Source: a candidate division WOR-3 bacterium
GTDB lineage: Bacteria > Hydrothermota > Tepidihabitantia > Tepidihabitantales > Tepidihabitantaceae
Direction: 5' to 3'
Assembly (NCBI GenBank): GCA_965649295.1
Contig: CBFGKH010000012.1
Coordinates: 1 to 40,521 of the forward strand
DNA: 40,521 bases
Shown one piece after another: positions 38,184-40,521 of this stretch. Position 1 is the stretch's first letter. Each line of letters opens with the position of its first letter. A model generated the notes under the pieces. It was not told the origin of the DNA. It did no database searches and was given only the letters and a program-made list of their open reading frames with translations. The translations under genes and the position numbers were made by a program.

Positions 38184-40521
38184 CTACCGCGTCAGCACGG
38201 CCTTGCGCGAAAGCTCACCAAGCGAACTTTCGAGCCGGTAGAAATAGATGCCAGCCGCAAGTTCACGGCCATTCTCATCAGCACCATCCCAGCTAATTGA
38301 ATAGCTGCCCGCTGCCTGCTGACCGACACCAGTATTGACAAGCTCTCGCACCACCCGGCCGGCAGCGTCATAGACCGCTAGCCGCACGCTAGCTGGCTGC
38401 GGCAGCGAGTAGCTCAGCACGACCCGACCAGCAAAAGGATTGGCTGACGGCATCAGGCTCAAACGACCAGCTGGCAGCGACGTTGGCGGTGCCGCAATGC
38501 CGACTAGTGGTTCAACCGTCAGATAGCGGGTTGCCCGGCCAGCAACAATCGGCATCGCCCCGCGGTGGTAGCTGCCATCAAAAAGCGCCTGGATAAAAAT
38601 GGTTCGGCTCGGGTCTTGCTCACCGACCGTGCACGAACTCGGGTCGTCAACCCGCCGATACTGCACGACTACTTCGCAGTTTCCATCGGGTGCCGCACGC
38701 GTTGTATCGTAGAAGATAATCTCGAATGTCTCAAAGCTTGTGCGAGCACGGTATAGTGAGATTGAATCATACTGCACAATTAGCCGGTGGTTCGCCGCGT
38801 CGTGATACCAGAAGACGCCATTGCCGGTCGGCGGATAAAGGTCATCCCAGAATCCGAAGATCGCCGGCGGCAGTGAGGTGTTAGGCAGGGCCGTGTTGGT
38901 GTAGGTAGAAACCGTTGTCGAGCCCAGTCCGACCCAGCCGTTGCTGCAAATCGAAAGCATCGTATAGTTCTGGTTGTAGAACCTGAACGGTCCGAATCCG
39001 GCCGGGATAGTAATCTGCACAGTCTGGTCATCAGAAAGCGTCAGCCGTGTGCCTAGCCCGGTGATGTCAACCCAGTTATAGACCGGCGCCTGCTGGTATA
39101 GCGCATCACCATCGTCATAGGCCCAGTAGAGGGCCGGGGTTCGCGGCCCGTCACTAATCGGGTCAACCTGCGTCACCCTGCCAACAGTGATACCGAAAGC
39201 AACCGTTGTCGGCGGGTAACCGGTCTGGGTAATACGCAGTGAACAAGGAATCACAAACTCGCGCGGAATGGCGGCACTTGCCCTGACTCGGAAATGATCA
39301 GCTTCATTCATCACCCAGGAATCAGCCGGTACCAAGCCATAGACTGCGGTCGAGTCTAACACCTCAAATCGAGCATCAGCCGACACCAGCACCGCGCTTA
39401 CGTCATAGCCATTACCCAGCCCCCGATTCTTCAACTGGATCGCAATGTCGCACTCCTCGCCCGGGTCAATCTTGCCGTTGACTCCGTCATACGCAAAGAC
39501 CGAATCCGCAACATAGCGCGGCGTACCGACCAGAATCGAAAAACCGGTCACCCAGACTGAGTCGTTGGTATCGGTAACCGCGAGATCAAACTTCAACTCA
39601 TAGCGATTGGTGCAGGATGCGGCAACGGCAAAATGGTAGCCGTCAGCACCGGTATAGCCGAGCGAATCCTCCAGAATCGAACCAAAGTAGCGCACCGAAT
39701 CCGTAATCGTAATGTTCCCGTCATTCGTCCGCAGCACGCCGGTAACACCGTACGCGGTGAAATCGCAGAGATTGACAACATAGACCGGAAGGTTGATCTG
39801 CTCACCCGGGTTGACGATTCGGTCGTTATTGCCACCCAAACTGTCGTCAATAATGTGGCTGTGATATCTCACACCGAAAGGCGGTTGTGTCGCATTCACT
39901 GCGGCCAGCGCGTCAATGCGGCCAGCACCGAAATCATTGTCCTTGCCGGCCGGGCCAAGGTCAAAGGCCGTAGTTTCGAGAATCGAGTCTATCTGCCTCG
40001 GGGTCAGGTTCGGGTTCTTCTGCAGCATCAGACAGACCACCCCTGCCGTATGCGGCGTGGCCATCGAGGTGCCGTCCATCAGTTGATAGCCGCTGCCGGT
40101 GTAGCTGCACGACTTCACGGCCACACCCGGCGCCGACACATCCGGCCGCGTCAGCCCTGGCGGATAGGCATAGTCGTTATACGGCGCAACCGACTGCCAG
40201 GATGTCGGCCCGGTGCTTGAGAAGCTGGCAATCCTATCAAGACTGTCAGTCGCGCCAATCGACGTGATGCCCGACAATGCACCGGTGCCGGTGTTCTGTG
40301 GGTTCCACCACGGCGGCGGTGCATTACCCGGACAACGGCAGTTGTTCGGTGGCGGGAAGTAGCCGCGCTCGTTGCCCGCAGCCACCATCTGGGCCAGACC
40401 AGCCGCGTTCACCACATCCGCAGTCTGCCGCCACACCGCCTGCGCCGGATTCCACGAAATGTACCAGCCCAAGGACATCGTGTAGAGGTCAGCTCCGTTC
40501 GCCGGCGACAATGGCGGCGAC
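38184..40521 (-). CDS. S8 (subtilisin-like) serine peptidase with the same C-terminal module; 5' end outside the window
   Basis: MSLG, AAGNE (oxyanion Asn), FSSTGP, PDVSAPG, DGTSMATPHTAG (catalytic Ser) and FGAGRIDA, then the shared module and CTD. The frame is open to the window edge. Confidence 0.9.
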   Translation of the reverse strand, partial: SPPLSPANGADLYTMSLGWYISWNPAQAVWRQTADVVNAAGLAQMVAAGNERGYFPPPNNCRCPGNAPPPWWNPQNTGTGALSGITSIGATDSLDRIASFSSTGPTSWQSVAPYNDYAYPPGLTRPDVSAPGVAVKSCSYTGSGYQLMDGTSMATPHTAGVVCLMLQKNPNLTPRQIDSILETTAFDLGPAGKDNDFGAGRIDALAAVNATQPPFGVRYHSHIIDDSLGGNNDRIVNPGEQINLPVYVVNLCDFTAYGVTGVLRTNDGNITITDSVRYFGSILEDSLGYTGADGYHFAVAASCTNRYELKFDLAVTDTNDSVWVTGFSILVGTPRYVADSVFAYDGVNGKIDPGEECDIAIQLKNRGLGNGYDVSAVLVSADARFEVLDSTAVYGLVPADSWVMNEADHFRVRASAAIPREFVIPCSLRITQTGYPPTTVAFGITVGRVTQVDPISDGPRTPALYWAYDDGDALYQQAPVYNWVDITGLGTRLTLSDDQTVQITIPAGFGPFRFYNQNYTMLSICSNGWVGLGSTTVSTYTNTALPNTSLPPAIFGFWDDLYPPTGNGVFWYHDAANHRLIVQYDSISLYRARTSFETFEIIFYDTTRAAPDGNCEVVVQYRRVDDPSSCTVGEQDPSRTIFIQALFDGSYHRGAMPIVAGRATRYLTVEPLVGIAAPPTSLPAGRLSLMPSANPFAGRVVLSYSLPQPASVRLAVYDAAGRVVRELVNTGVGQQAAGSYSISWDGADENGRELAAGIYFYRLESSLGELSRKAVLTR

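Noticed and set aside
34393..40521. Diversity-generating retroelement or phase-variation cassette behind the paralog similarity
   Set aside because: No reverse transcriptase or recombinase is present, and the differences between the paralogs are not confined to adenines.

Overview
Bacterial chromosomal window, GC-rich by eye and densely coded. No rRNA, tRNA, CRISPR or transposase was recognised. Most genes are housekeeping: xseA (partial), hbd, alr, DUF1844, plsY, gpsA, a MerR regulator, a minus-strand run purE - nitroreductase - purC - queA - murF - carboxyltransferase/biotin-carrier fusion - prpE, a divergent larA-family gene, mutS, lapA/lapB-like, miaB, two lipoproteins, recG, ligA and a GT4 + GH130 pair. 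Three large protease genes (two gingipain-like C25, one S8 cut by the window edge) share one ~565-aa C-terminal module ending in a FlgD/T9SS-type sorting domain. This suggests an FCB-related lineage such as candidate phylum WOR-3 (inference only). The less obvious signals are: (i) a degenerate ~30-40 bp repeat family in spacers that also occurs in frame inside gpsA and larA, giving similar peptides (SCL..., ESSP); (ii) a cryptic 12-bp-phased array of ~25 units in the 18.6-19.2 kb spacer; (iii) repeated sigma70 promoters placed 5-8 nt before start codons with no SD, implying leaderless mRNAs; (iv) a palindromic operator candidate and structured leader on the first C25 gene.
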